Source: Octopus vulgaris
Lineage: Eukaryota
Reading direction: 5' to 3'
Assembly (NCBI GenBank): GCA_951406725.2
Contig: OX597828.1
Location: 52,328,001 to 52,392,000 of the forward strand
Length of the DNA stretch: 64,000 nucleotides
The notes beneath the pieces are model-generated. The model was given only the letters and a program-made list of their open reading frames with translations. It had not been told where the DNA came from and did not search any database. Each line of letters begins with the position of its first letter. Position 1 is the stretch's first letter. This document shows positions 42,606 through 54,560 of the stretch, piece after piece. The position numbers and the translations under genes are program-made.

Positions 42606-42656
<51 letters not shown>

Positions 42657-42695
42657 GAAAGAGAGAGAGAGAGAGGGAGAGGGAGAGAGAGAGAG

Positions 42696-42739
<44 letters not shown>

Positions 42740-43758
42740 TGATAGATATGTATGTGTGTTTGTGTGTGTATATGTGTGTGAGTGAGAGAGTGTATGCATA
42801 ATTTAGTCAAACTGGATTACGTTACATGGCTTGTTAATTTGAAGTACGAGTAACAATTAGAATCAATGAACAGACGTGCCCAAAACGTATGAGAACTGGA
42901 CTACTCAAAACAAGAAAATCTATGGTTTCTAATACAACCGTTTAGTATAACTGCTATAGTGATGATTGCAATTAAACTGAAGTAGAAGCTGCGTGAAACG
43001 CCAAGTGAGTTGAATAATGGAGCCGATGGTCGTGTATAGCTCTTGCGCAGAATATCGATAGATTCAGATTAAGGAAACTTCCGCTATTCTGTAGTAAGAG
43101 AATCTAAATGTTTGAAGAATTTTGTGGTAGAAATTGAGAATCATTTCATTCCGTTTGTTTAGATATTGTTTGTCGGACAGTAAAGTTTAAATTGCTTCCT
43201 GGTTTTCTGATTTCCCCATGGTTTCGTTCTCCCCTTACAAATTTCAATATGATCCATTGTAAGATGTAGTGAGGGTTTAGATTTTTGAGTTACCAGATGT
43301 TCTCGGCCAGTAAAGTTGAATGTGCCAAGTAAGGGATTTTGAACCATGGATATAACAGCATTTTTTGAGGTTACTAACTGCAGCGTCAATGCATTCTCTA
43401 ATAGCTGCATGTATAATTAGGTGATACCTGTATACAATGATTCTGACAAAACAGTCTCCGTTTAAGGCACAGTCGTAGGTATCTTTACAATGACAGGTTC
43501 AGTACTGGGAGCTCATGCGGTTGGAGTATTGTTTAACTTGATACTTGATAACGTATTGCATGTAATTTTATGTTTTCGACGTTAGACTTTTCAATGTAGG
43601 CAAATGCCCTCCCTTTCATTTTTCACATTATTTTAGAAGCTCCGATTAAGCTATAAAGGGAAGCATAAGCACAGCGATCTGAATGCATTCTTATGACAAA
43701 AAAATTTGTAAGATGCGGCAGTTGATTACGCAATTCTTGTTCCTTTAACATTTATTCA

Positions 43759-43820
<62 letters not shown>

Positions 43821-43831
43821 GACACACATAC

Positions 43832-43900
<69 letters not shown>

Positions 43901-43908
43901 TATACATT

Positions 43909-43940
<32 letters not shown>

Positions 43941-43972
43941 TATAAAAACACACTCACACACACACACATATA

Positions 43973-44414
43973 GGTGCAGGAGTGGGTGTTGCAAGAAGTT
44001 TACTTCCCAACCACATGGTTCCGGGTTCAGTCCCACTGCGTGACACCTTAGATAAGTGTATTCTACTATAACTCGGGCCGACCAAAGCTTTTGTGAGTGG
44101 ATTTGGTAGACGGAAACTGAAAGAAGCCCGTCGTATATATGTATATATATATGTGTGTGTGTATGTGTGTGTGGGTTCGTGTGAGTGTGTGTTTGTATAT
44201 GTTTGTGTGTCTGTGTTTGTCCACCCCACCATCGCTTGACAACCGATATTGATGTGTTTATGTCCCTGTAACTTAGCTGTTGGGCCTAAAAGGCCGACAG
44301 AATATGTACTAGGCTTACAAAGAATAAGTCCTAGAGTCGATTTGTTCGTCTAGATGCGATGCTCCAGCATGGCCGCAGTCAAATGACTGAAACAAATAGC
44401 AGAATAACAGAAGA

Positions 44415-44415
<1 letters not shown>
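43973..44415 (+). mobile_element. SINE family A
   Basis: Head, body and tail match with moderate divergence. Confidence 0.88.
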
Positions 44416-44473
<58 letters not shown>

Positions 44474-44794
44474 AATATATATATGTACGTATAGACTCAG
44501 TTTTTTATGCGCGTCCATCTGTTTGTATTTTGTTGCAAGTTTCGCATTGATGCATAGAGATATAGCCTTTGATGTTTCGGGAATGAATACATGTACCTAG
44601 GTTTACAACATATTCAGGCAATGTTGGTACACTAACATTTCGGTAGACCATTACATATATATATATATGTACACACACACACCCCATTGTTTTACCGTCT
44701 ATATAATTACATCGCTTGCATGCATGTGTATGTCAAATTTACGAAACATATTCGCTGAATTGTAGAAAATGAAGATGTCCACGTATCTCTAACA

Positions 44795-44858
<64 letters not shown>

Positions 44859-44957
44859 CCACTCTCTGATCTTTTTCCATCTGTATACAAACGCACACAC
44901 AGACACACAGAAACCCACACTTACACAGACACACACAAACCCACACACATACAAATG

Positions 44958-44991
<34 letters not shown>

Positions 44992-45092
44992 CGTGTGTGT
45001 ATGTACATACACACATACACACACCCATATATATATTCATGCATACACGTGTGTGTGTATATATATATGCGTGTGTATATATATGCATATAC

Positions 45093-45201
<109 letters not shown>

Positions 45202-45344
45202 CACACTAATTATCTATCAATCTAAGTATGTTATCCTTAGGTAAAGTATGTGTCTTCTGATCAGAAATTGCCAATAACCCTTGTAGGAAATCCATTTACA
45301 TTGAGACAACTTAATGGAAATAGCGCGTTCCTGCTTTACATCGC

Positions 45345-45553
45345 TGTAGCTGCTGCTGTTGCTGCTGTTGCTGCTGGTGCTGCTGTTGCTGATGCTGCTG
45401 CTGCTGCTGCTGATGGAGATGGGGGAGATGGTAATGTCGATGGAAACGCTGGTGTTTTAGATACAACTTCTTGTCACTTTTGCTTGCTTTCAGCCACCAC
45501 CACCACAATTTTCATCATCATCATCATCCTCATCATCATCATCATCGTCGTCG

Positions 45554-45603
<50 letters not shown>

Positions 45604-45990
45604 TTCGTCGTTGTCGTCGTCGTCGTCGTCGTCATCATCATCATTCTCCTCCTCCTCCTCCTCATCATCATCATCATCATCATCATCGTCGTCTTCGTTA
45701 CCATGTTCTTCGTGGTCGACGCCTACCTCCGCTTCCTTCTCCACTTCTCTTCCTCCTCCTTCTCCTTCTCCTCCTCTGTCTTTACATCTTCCTCCTCCCT
45801 ACATTCATCATCATAATCATCTTCATCATCATCAGTATGGCCCACGTCGTTCACTTCCTCCTCCTTTCGTTCTTCTCTTTCTTCTTCTCCTCCCGTCCTT
45901 GTCTTCCTCCTACTTCTCCTCCCCTTTCTTCACATCTTCCTCCTCCTTACAATCATCATCATCATAACCACCACCACCACCACCACCACT

Positions 45991-46025
<35 letters not shown>

Positions 46026-46450
46026 TATCATCATCATCGTAGTCCCCTTGACCCTCGTAACAATCATCATCATCATGGATATCAGTTTTACATGTCTGTA
46101 ATCTTTTTTTTTTCCCGTTTTTCAATTATTTTGTTTGTTTGTTTTTTTAATTTTTAAATCTTAATTATTTTCCCACCCCTTTGAACTTGTCTCTCATCCC
46201 AATAATCATTCGCATCATCATGCTGAACATCATAATTATGATCATATATTTTCATCTTCGTCGTCGTCATTATTATCACCACCACCACCACCACCACCAC
46301 CACCACCATCATTAACACAATCACAATCGCCACCGCCACCATCACCACTATCATCATCATCGTCATCATCATCCTTATAGGGATCGTCGTCGTGGCCATC
46401 ATCATCATTTCCATCACAGTTCCCGTCTCCGATTCCATCATCACTATCGT
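45345..46450. repeat. Compound trinucleotide low-complexity tract (GCT/CAT/CGT/CCT/CAC)
   Basis: Seen directly; gives homopolymeric ORFs in all frames. Confidence 0.9.
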
Positions 46451-46680
46451 CAGTCTATTCTTAAATATTCCCAAACTGTTTCCTCTTCTTTATCTGCCCC
46501 CTCCTCTTAATTTCCATTTCCCCTCCTCTTCGCTTTCATCATTATTTTCATATGTTTTTTACCTTTTTATCATACATATACCATTCTGCATTATGTATGT
46601 ATATATTTACGTGCATACATACATACATATATACATACATACATATATACATACATACATACATATATATATACATATAC

Positions 46681-46794
<114 letters not shown>

Positions 46795-46919
46795 GATTCT
46801 TATATAATCACTTATATATATGAACATGCCTACATACATATACACACACAAATACATACACATATGCGTGTATGTATGTGTGTGTGCACACGCGTATGCA
46901 TATATACATATGCATGTAA

Positions 46920-46998
<79 letters not shown>

Positions 46999-47549
46999 CA
47001 TATATTGAAACAAAACATTTTAATGTTGAGACATAAAAAGTGAAAGAAACGGCAACGAAGCATAACTTGGGGTGAAGAAAGGAAAAAAAAATTCCTAACT
47101 AGAGAAAACGAAAAATAAAAAGCAAAAACAAAAACAAAAACGCAAATGAAATCAATAAAATTGCCTGAATGTAAAATAAGAAACAATAATAATAAAAAAA
47201 AAGATAACATTCAGATATATGTAAAATAAAATATATATAAAAGAATATGATATAATCTTCTTAATAGGTAAGATGTAAAATATGTATGGCAATAAACATA
47301 AAAATGAAGAGCGCTAATACGTATTAGCGTCAATCTAAATTTACATTACACACATGTGTGTGTTTGTGCATGTGTGTATACATGCTTACGCATCTATATG
47401 TATATATACACAAACACACACATGCATATATATATGTATACGTGCATGTGTAAATATACATACATGTACGTACGTATATATATACATACATATATATACA
47501 TGTACACACATATATATACACACATATGTATATATATGTATGTATATAT

Positions 47550-47590
<41 letters not shown>

Positions 47591-47628
47591 TATATACACA
47601 TATGTATATATATGTATGTATATATATG

Positions 47629-47672
<44 letters not shown>

Positions 47673-48716
47673 CATATACATATATATGTGTATATATATA
47701 TAGAGAGAGAGAGAGAGTGAGAGAGAGAGAGCGAAAAAGTTATGTACATATATATATATATACATACATACAGGCATAGGTGCTATATGCATGCATAAAT
47801 ACATACATACATACTTACATACATATGTATATATATATACATATATATATGTATATATATACATATACACACGTATGTATGTATGAATTTGTATTAGTTT
47901 GCAAGTATGTGCGTGTATATTAGGAACTGCAAACCCTCCCCACCCTGAATTCTCATCAGAAAGATGTTATGACGTTGCTCCGGAATATTCTTCTTTTTAC
48001 ATTATTACATCCAATCACTATTATGTTTGTTGTTCTTGTTGATGCTGCTGCAGTAGGTGATGACGGCATTGGTCGTGCTGTGCTTCGTTGTTGTTCGTTG
48101 TACTGGAGATAGTTGGCTACGAGAAGATATTTCTAATCGAGTTTAGTTGCGTATATTTACGTTCTGATTTCAAATCATAGTCAAGATCGAACATTGTTTT
48201 TGTTTATTCTTACGGGTTAAATTTTTTAAAAAGTCCTCTAAACCGACTTTCCAAACACTTTAGGTTTGTTATTGTTAGATTTATAAACTATAATTATTAT
48301 CATTATCTTACTTATCAGAAACAAATGAATACTTTGTCACATGTAGACACACGGATTGATATATCTCTGCAAACAGAAGGAAACATGGACGATAATACAC
48401 GAGTCTCGAGCTAACACAGATATCGCGTACTCCTGATTATAACCAAATGAAAAACATGCAATATTTGGTGAGGTTTTGAAGTTTTTCGGTGCTTATTTCT
48501 CTGTGGAAAGAATGAAGTGCTTTATAGTCTCTTGGGAGTAAACGAACATTTCCCAAATGTTCAATTAAATCGTTCCTCTTTATACTTTCCTCTATATAAA
48601 GAACGCACAAAAATAATGTTTGTGCACATTATCAGAGGACTCATCTTCACCTGTATTTATATAATAATACATTAACCTCCCCCCACCCACCTTTTGTCTG
48701 TCTGTGTGTCTGTCTG

Positions 48717-48757
<41 letters not shown>

Positions 48758-48817
48758 ATCATTTTCTCTCTCTGTCTCCCTCTATTTCTCTCCTTTTCAC
48801 TCTGACCCTGTATAGAC

Positions 48818-49037
48818 CCGAGATTCTCAACTAGGGTCATATGGTCCGGTGGGGCGGGTCCATAGATTTTCTCAAAATGTATCTACAATATGTTGGCTAT
48901 ACTTCTACAATACACAAAATATTTTCATAATTATTATTATACAATTCCTAATGATATCTAATTATAAAAATCTAATTGGATTTTTTTAACACCAAATGGC
49001 TGGGACCAATAGGCAAAAAAATAGTTGAGGAACACTG
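48818..49037. mobile_element. hAT (Charlie-like) MITE
   Basis: Ends CCGAGATTCTCAAC...GTTGAGGAACACTG resemble the CAGTGGTTCTCAAC-type TIR; 8 bp TSD GTATAGAC (48810-48817) / GTATAGAT (49038-49045). Confidence 0.75.
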
Positions 49038-49084
49038 GTATAGATACACAAAGAAACACAATACATTTACACAGTAATATATTC

Positions 49085-49235
49085 GCAGTATAGCTGAGTG
49101 GTTAAGATTTTCGCTTCACAACCATAAGTTTCAATCATCCATCGTGGACTTTTTGGCAGTTGTCATTGTTTTATAACTTCGAGTCGACGCATATCTTGCA
49201 GTGAAACTGGATAGACTGAAATCGTATAGAAGTCC
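49085..49235 (+). mobile_element. Very old SINE family A 5' fragment
   Basis: TAGCTGAGTGGTTAAG...CAACCAT...TTGGCAGTTGTC...TATAACTTCGAGTCGAC...GTGAAACTGGATAGACTGAAA. Confidence 0.55.
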
Positions 49236-49487
49236 TTGAGCAGCCTTCCCGCATGCTGTGCCAGATTAATTCCATTGCGCCTGTGTGCCAATTTAAGAAG
49301 ACACATGAGTGTGGAATAGGAAAAGGCAATTTAGGAGCAAATAACTCAACTGAATTCCCATCGAAACGAATGGAGCCTACATTTTACATGGATGAGGTTT
49401 AAGATTTTATGTTGCGTTAAATTTTAAGCTGAAGGTCTTTTGAAACACTGGAGCTTGGAAAGGCTGAATATCAGGACAGATATGTGA

Positions 49488-49560
49488 ATGTTCCGAAAAT
49501 CTTCCTTTCTGGGAACAGTTCATATTCTTAGGAAGGCATTCGCTATCTCAGGACATTTTG
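49488..49560 (+). mobile_element. R4/Dong-like LINE C-terminal fragment
   Basis: RKSSFLGTVHILRKAFAI resembles the QK..LLGT.HILRK.L terminus of R4-clade ORFs. Confidence 0.5.
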
Positions 49561-50011
49561 CTAAATATGTCAACTTTTTTTATGAAAAACATATGCATTA
49601 CGTATGTATGTATGTATGTATGTATGTCTGTATGTATGTGTATATGTATGTATGTATGTGTTTTATTTATATTCCAGAGCGCCATACTAATACAATTGTT
49701 TGTTTGTATTCCACCTGCCTTCGTCTTTTGTTTATTTCCGTAAACCTGAGTTGGTCTTTTGTTTATTTTCATAAAGCTTCCCGTTATGTATATATATATA
49801 TATATATATATACATATATACATAATTACTTGTTAATATAAATTCGATGTATGTCACGTTCCATTACTTGATAAATATAAACAAACTTTATAAACAAACG
49901 ACTTAGCGTCCACTGAATGTAAAAACGAATGGGAGACAAACAGAAAATCTATAATACTTCATTAGTTATCAACCAATGGTACTCTTCAGTGTGTATGTAT
50001 ATATGTATGTC

Positions 50012-50051
<40 letters not shown>

Positions 50052-50052
<1 letters not shown>

Positions 50053-50217
50053 CTTTTATCTTTTACCTGCTTCAGTCATTTCACAGCTGCCATACTGGGG
50101 CATCGCCTTGAAGAGTTTTAGAGGAACAATCGACCCCAGAACATTTCTTGTAGCCTGGTACTTATTCTATCGGGTACTTTTGTCGAGCCGCTAACTAACG
50201 GGGACGTAGAGACAGCA

Positions 50218-50218
<1 letters not shown>
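50052..50218 (-). mobile_element. SINE family A 3' fragment, degenerate
   Basis: Reverse complement of the tail and of the GATAGAATAAGTAC...GTCCCCGT segment. Confidence 0.75.
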
Positions 50219-50259
<41 letters not shown>

Positions 50260-50421
50260 TACACTCATATATATCGCCTACATACATATATATACGCATA
50301 TATATAGATATAGTATGTAAATATACATACATACATACATACATATTTACCTCAGGTCATCCAGCAAGTAATGTCCGGATTTAAATTAAGGAAATATATG
50401 TATAAATATATATTGGCATAA

Positions 50422-50455
<34 letters not shown>

Positions 50456-50812
50456 CGGGATATATTATACAGACGGACAACGTACTATCTCTGAGTTAAG
50501 TTTCAGTTAACGGCTAACCACGACGATTACTATCTAACGTCTGCGACTAGATTCAGTTGTTAGTCACTCCGTGAAATCATCCGATGGGTAACTGCGTGTT
50601 CTCTTCGCTGGCCAGTAAGAATGGTACCGGGTGATTATCAATACTAATAATGATAAAGTGTAAAGAGATTTTTTACATCCAGAAAATTTATTTTATATTT
50701 ATATATAGCACGTTATAATGATCTACACGTGTTTCTGATGAACCGAAAACACGCACAGTTCGTTAAATTTTACTGTTTATAAGTAAAATAAAAATTTTGT
50801 GGATGTAGGAGT

Positions 50813-50977
50813 GGCGCAGGAGTGGCTGTGTGGTAGGTAGCTTGCCTACCAACCACATGGTTCCGGGTTCAGTCCCACTGCGTGGCACCTTGGGCAAGTG
50901 TCTTCTACTATAGCCCCGGGCCGACCAAAGCCTTGTGAGTGGATTTGGTAGACGGAAACTGAAAGAAGCCTGTCGTA

Positions 50978-51015
<38 letters not shown>

Positions 51016-51238
51016 TGTGTGCGTCTATGTTTGTGTGTCTGTGTTTGTCCCCCTAGCATTGCTTGACAACCGATGCTGGTGTGTTTACGTCCCCGTCACC
51101 TAGCGGTTCGGCAAAAGAGACCGATAAGAATAAGCACTGGGCTTACAAAGAATAAGACCCGGTGTCGATTTGCTCGACTAAAGGCGGTGCTCCAGCATGG
51201 CCGCATTCAAATGACTGAAACAAGTAAAAGAGAGAGTA
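50813..51238 (+). mobile_element. SINE family A, full length, low divergence
   Basis: Near-identical to the 16785 copy. Confidence 0.93.
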
Positions 51239-51254
51239 CAAGTCTCCTTACTCT

Positions 51255-51648
51255 TTAATATTTCCGCCTTATCGAAGGCGGAGTTATTGTTTGTAGTCGC
51301 GTTTGTTTGTTTGCTTGTCCGTGGACAGGGATACCTCAAGATCCGTTGAATGGATTTGGTTGAAACTTTCATGGAAGTTTGGCCTCGTGAGGCCTCGTGA
51401 CTGACACGAACTGATTAGATTTTGGTATCGATCCGGCACGGACAAGAATTCTAGATTAGCTTTCTGGTTTCTTTACTTAATTTTTGAGAGTGGTCAAGTT
51501 CATTTTTTGTATTCTCGTTTGTGAGAGCACATCGAGTTTATTTCAGATACTCTCATTTTAAAAATCATCTCCGGCTAATCGTTGAGCGAACGTTGATGTT
51601 ACCTTGCGTTGCCTTGGTGGAGGCTTGCGCTCTCTGAGTGCTCTTGTT
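51255..51648 (+). mobile_element. Helentron-associated non-autonomous element (HINE/DINE-1-like)
   Basis: 5' hairpin TCCGCCTT-ATCG-AAGGCGGA, then a (GTTT)n/GTCCGT tract, the GGATTTGGTTGAAACTTT core, a 3' sub-terminal repeat CCTTGGTGGAG, a 3' hairpin GCGCTC-TCT-GAGTGC and T-rich ends. Confidence 0.7.
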
Positions 51649-51693
51649 ATTGTTAATTAATATAAATATGCATTTCTCTCTCCCTCCCTCTCC

Positions 51694-51750
<57 letters not shown>

Positions 51751-51751
51751 A

Positions 51752-51803
51752 ACTGTGTTTACGCACCCGTCTTCGTCTTTTTTTTTTTTGTAAATTCTAA
51801 CTA
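51752..51803 (+). mobile_element. Extreme 3' tip of the PLE family seen at 57583
   Basis: TGTTTACGCACCCGTCTTCGTCTTTT...ATTCTAACTA matches the reverse complement of 57583-57622; (TA)n-flanked. A similar tip lies at ~49686-49745. Confidence 0.6.
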
Positions 51804-52212
51804 CATATATAAATATGACAGTTACGATGAATACGGAGATTAGAAGACCTGATTTATTAATTCTGCAGTCAATTATGCTTCATATTTGGTTTAAATCCCT
51901 CCAACGCTCATTTCTCCCGACAACTTTCATTGCAGTTATCCATAACACTGATTATAACTGAGAGGTGATATGGTAAAGGCGGCCTGGATTTTTTCTACCC
52001 ATATATATATATTTGATATTTTTGATATTTGATATTCAATATTTCAATAAGACAATCACTACTTCATTTCATTTTACTATATATACTATTTATACTATAT
52101 ATTCTATATTCTACATTAATATTATAAAAAATATAAATAAAACATAAGAAACAGATAGAGTTGGAATTCCTTTGAATAATATATATCCCTCTATACACAA
52201 TCAAGCAAACCC

Positions 52213-52271
<59 letters not shown>

Positions 52272-53275
52272 AAAGGATGTGTTGATATTATTCCACATAT
52301 ACAAAAGAGCCATACCGACACTCCAAGATACCTCCATGGTCAGCTGCGCCTGGGCAGTACCATTCAATCCGGCGGGTATGTGTGTTTGTATATACACACA
52401 TACATGTACACACACACGATTTTTTAAATACATTTTGTATATATGATATTGGTAAACATAAATATAGTGAAGAGTAGATAGAGTAGATATATGTGAAAAA
52501 ATTTGAATTTCGACTGGTTGATAATAGCCATTGTAAGGTTGGTAACAGATTGGTGTTTATCCACGTAAGCCGTGTACTAATCAGTCTGTGATCAAAGACA
52601 TTCTAGATGTCCTTCATATCTGTTAGTATATCAGTCGCTGTATACAGTGGAATTATCTTGTAGTTCAACACAGATGATCATTTATCAACGGACATATGTT
52701 CGAATGTATTCCAGGTTCGACAATCACATGCTCCTATACAGCAGCGATATCTCTGAAAATATTCTTACAGTGTGTCCCTTTCCGTATAATGAAAGCAGAA
52801 CGGAAACTGAATGTATTTGGTTGCTATTTCTAGCTATCTTACTGTCTGCCTGGATGCTTCAGCGCAGTCTTGTGCAAGTTGTTGCTGTTGGCAGCGGAGG
52901 TGTGGATAATATTGGCGATGGTAGAGGAACTTCTGATGGTGTTCTTAATAGTTAATAGTAAGTTCTTGACGTTTTTGGGTAATGAACTTGGTGGTGGTGA
53001 CAGGGGTGGTGGTGATAATGTTGCTGCTGCTGCTGCTGGTGACGGTGGTGTTAATGGTGATTTTTGTGCTCGTGTTGCAGATGGAGGGTGTAAGAGCAAT
53101 AGTAGTAATGGCGAAGGATTTAGCAATGATGGATGTGGTGGGGTGTGTTGGTTAATAGAAGTGCTGGCGATGGGGATGTACGCGATTACGGTAATAGGCA
53201 GTGGTGACGGTGGCAACCGGAGTAATAGCGTATTGACAATGGTGGTGGAGATGGCGGTGGGGATGATGATTGTGG

Positions 53276-53306
<31 letters not shown>

Positions 53307-53876
53307 GGTGGTGGTAGTAATAAAATGTTGTCAATAGTGATAGTGAAGCCGATATATATATATATTTCTATGTCGAATAAAAAAAAAAAATTATTGAGTG
53401 CTATTTTCGCCAAAGGGGGCTTGTCATAAAGAACTAGGGAACAAGGGAATGGTAAGCAGGAAAGCAAAGAGAAAAAGAGGGAGCGAGAGAGAGAGAGAGT
53501 GTGTGTGTGAGAGAGAGAAAAGAGGGAGAAAGTGAATGAAAGAGTATAAGACGTGGAGATTGAAAATTGAGAGTAAAGAAGTGACTTGAAGGTAAAGTTT
53601 TAAAAAATTAATGGACAGACATACACACATACACATACACACACACACACACGAACGCATACACGCATTTGATACATATAATGTAATACACACATAAACA
53701 TAAACATACTCACATATATGCATGTGTGTGTATGTGTGTATAAATGCGCGAATGAATGTGTTGTGTGTGAGTATTAATGACAAAGTGACACAGGTTGAAG
53801 AAGCTGATATAAAAGTGAAAGTAAGTATGACAAGACTATTTAGTTCATCAGTTAGAAAACAATAAACAAAAAAGAA

Positions 53877-53911
<35 letters not shown>

Positions 53912-54056
53912 GATGAAAGAATTGAGAAGCAAAAACAGAAAGAAGAAATTATGAGAACTGAAAATAAGATTTAGGGTATTTCAAAATGGTTAGTAATATC
54001 TATGGTAAGTTTTATTACTCACACATATTCATATACACAATTATTTATATATATGT

Positions 54057-54364
54057 GGAGGCGCAATGACCCAGTGGTTAGGGCAGCGGACTCGCGGTCG
54101 TAGGATCGCGGTTTCGATTCCCAGACCGGGCGTTGTGTGTGTTTATTGAGCGAAAACACCTAAAAGCTGCACGAGGCTCCGACAGGGGATGGTGGTGATC
54201 CCTGCTGTACTCCTTCACCACTCTTTCTCTCAATCTTTTTTCTAATAACCTGCTCGCTTAGCCAGCGGGGTGGCGTCATTCGAAGGCTAAAACAATGCGA
54301 ACGCATTGTGACCAGCGATGTGTAGCAACATCTGATGGTCTGGTCGGTCACGTGATCACGTGAT
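54057..54364 (+). mobile_element. SINE family B, full length (tRNA-Arg-like head)
   Basis: A box, GCGGACTCGCGGTCGT anticodon-like arm (TCG), B box GGTTTCGATTCCC, and 3' end GGTCACGTGATCACGTGAT followed by (TA)n. Confidence 0.9.
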
Positions 54365-54521
54365 TTATATATATATAAATACATGTATATTTTTTTATGC
54401 TTTAATGATACATGTCTCTCTCTCTCTCTATCTCTCTCAATCCTTCTCTCTCTCCATCTCTTTCTCTCTGTACATATGTGTGTGCGTGTGTGTGCGCGTG
54501 CGCGTGTATATATATATACAC

Positions 54522-54560
<39 letters not shown>

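Larger units (their letters stand above)
35777..42608 (+). mobile_element. Penelope-like retroelement, 5'-truncated, with a long inverted duplication, inserted in (TA)n
   Basis: GIY-YIG ORF, 3'-terminal hammerhead, inverted arms, and (TA)n on both flanks (35722-35778 and from 42610). Confidence 0.92.

Noticed and set aside
45250-46474. Poly-His/Asp/Ala ORFs resembling a low-complexity transcription-factor exon
   Set aside because: Compound trinucleotide tract open in all frames, with no flanking conserved domain or clear splice context.
50728-50762. CTGATGAACCGAAAAC hammerhead-like word
   Set aside because: No room for stem II and no stem III or NUH triplet.
52839-53467. Gly/Pro-rich ORFs
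   Set aside because: Decayed (GGT)/(GAT) low-complexity sequence with no recognisable family.
54057-54135. tRNA-Arg-like sequence
   Set aside because: It is the head of SINE B: it continues into the SINE body, and the acceptor stem does not close.
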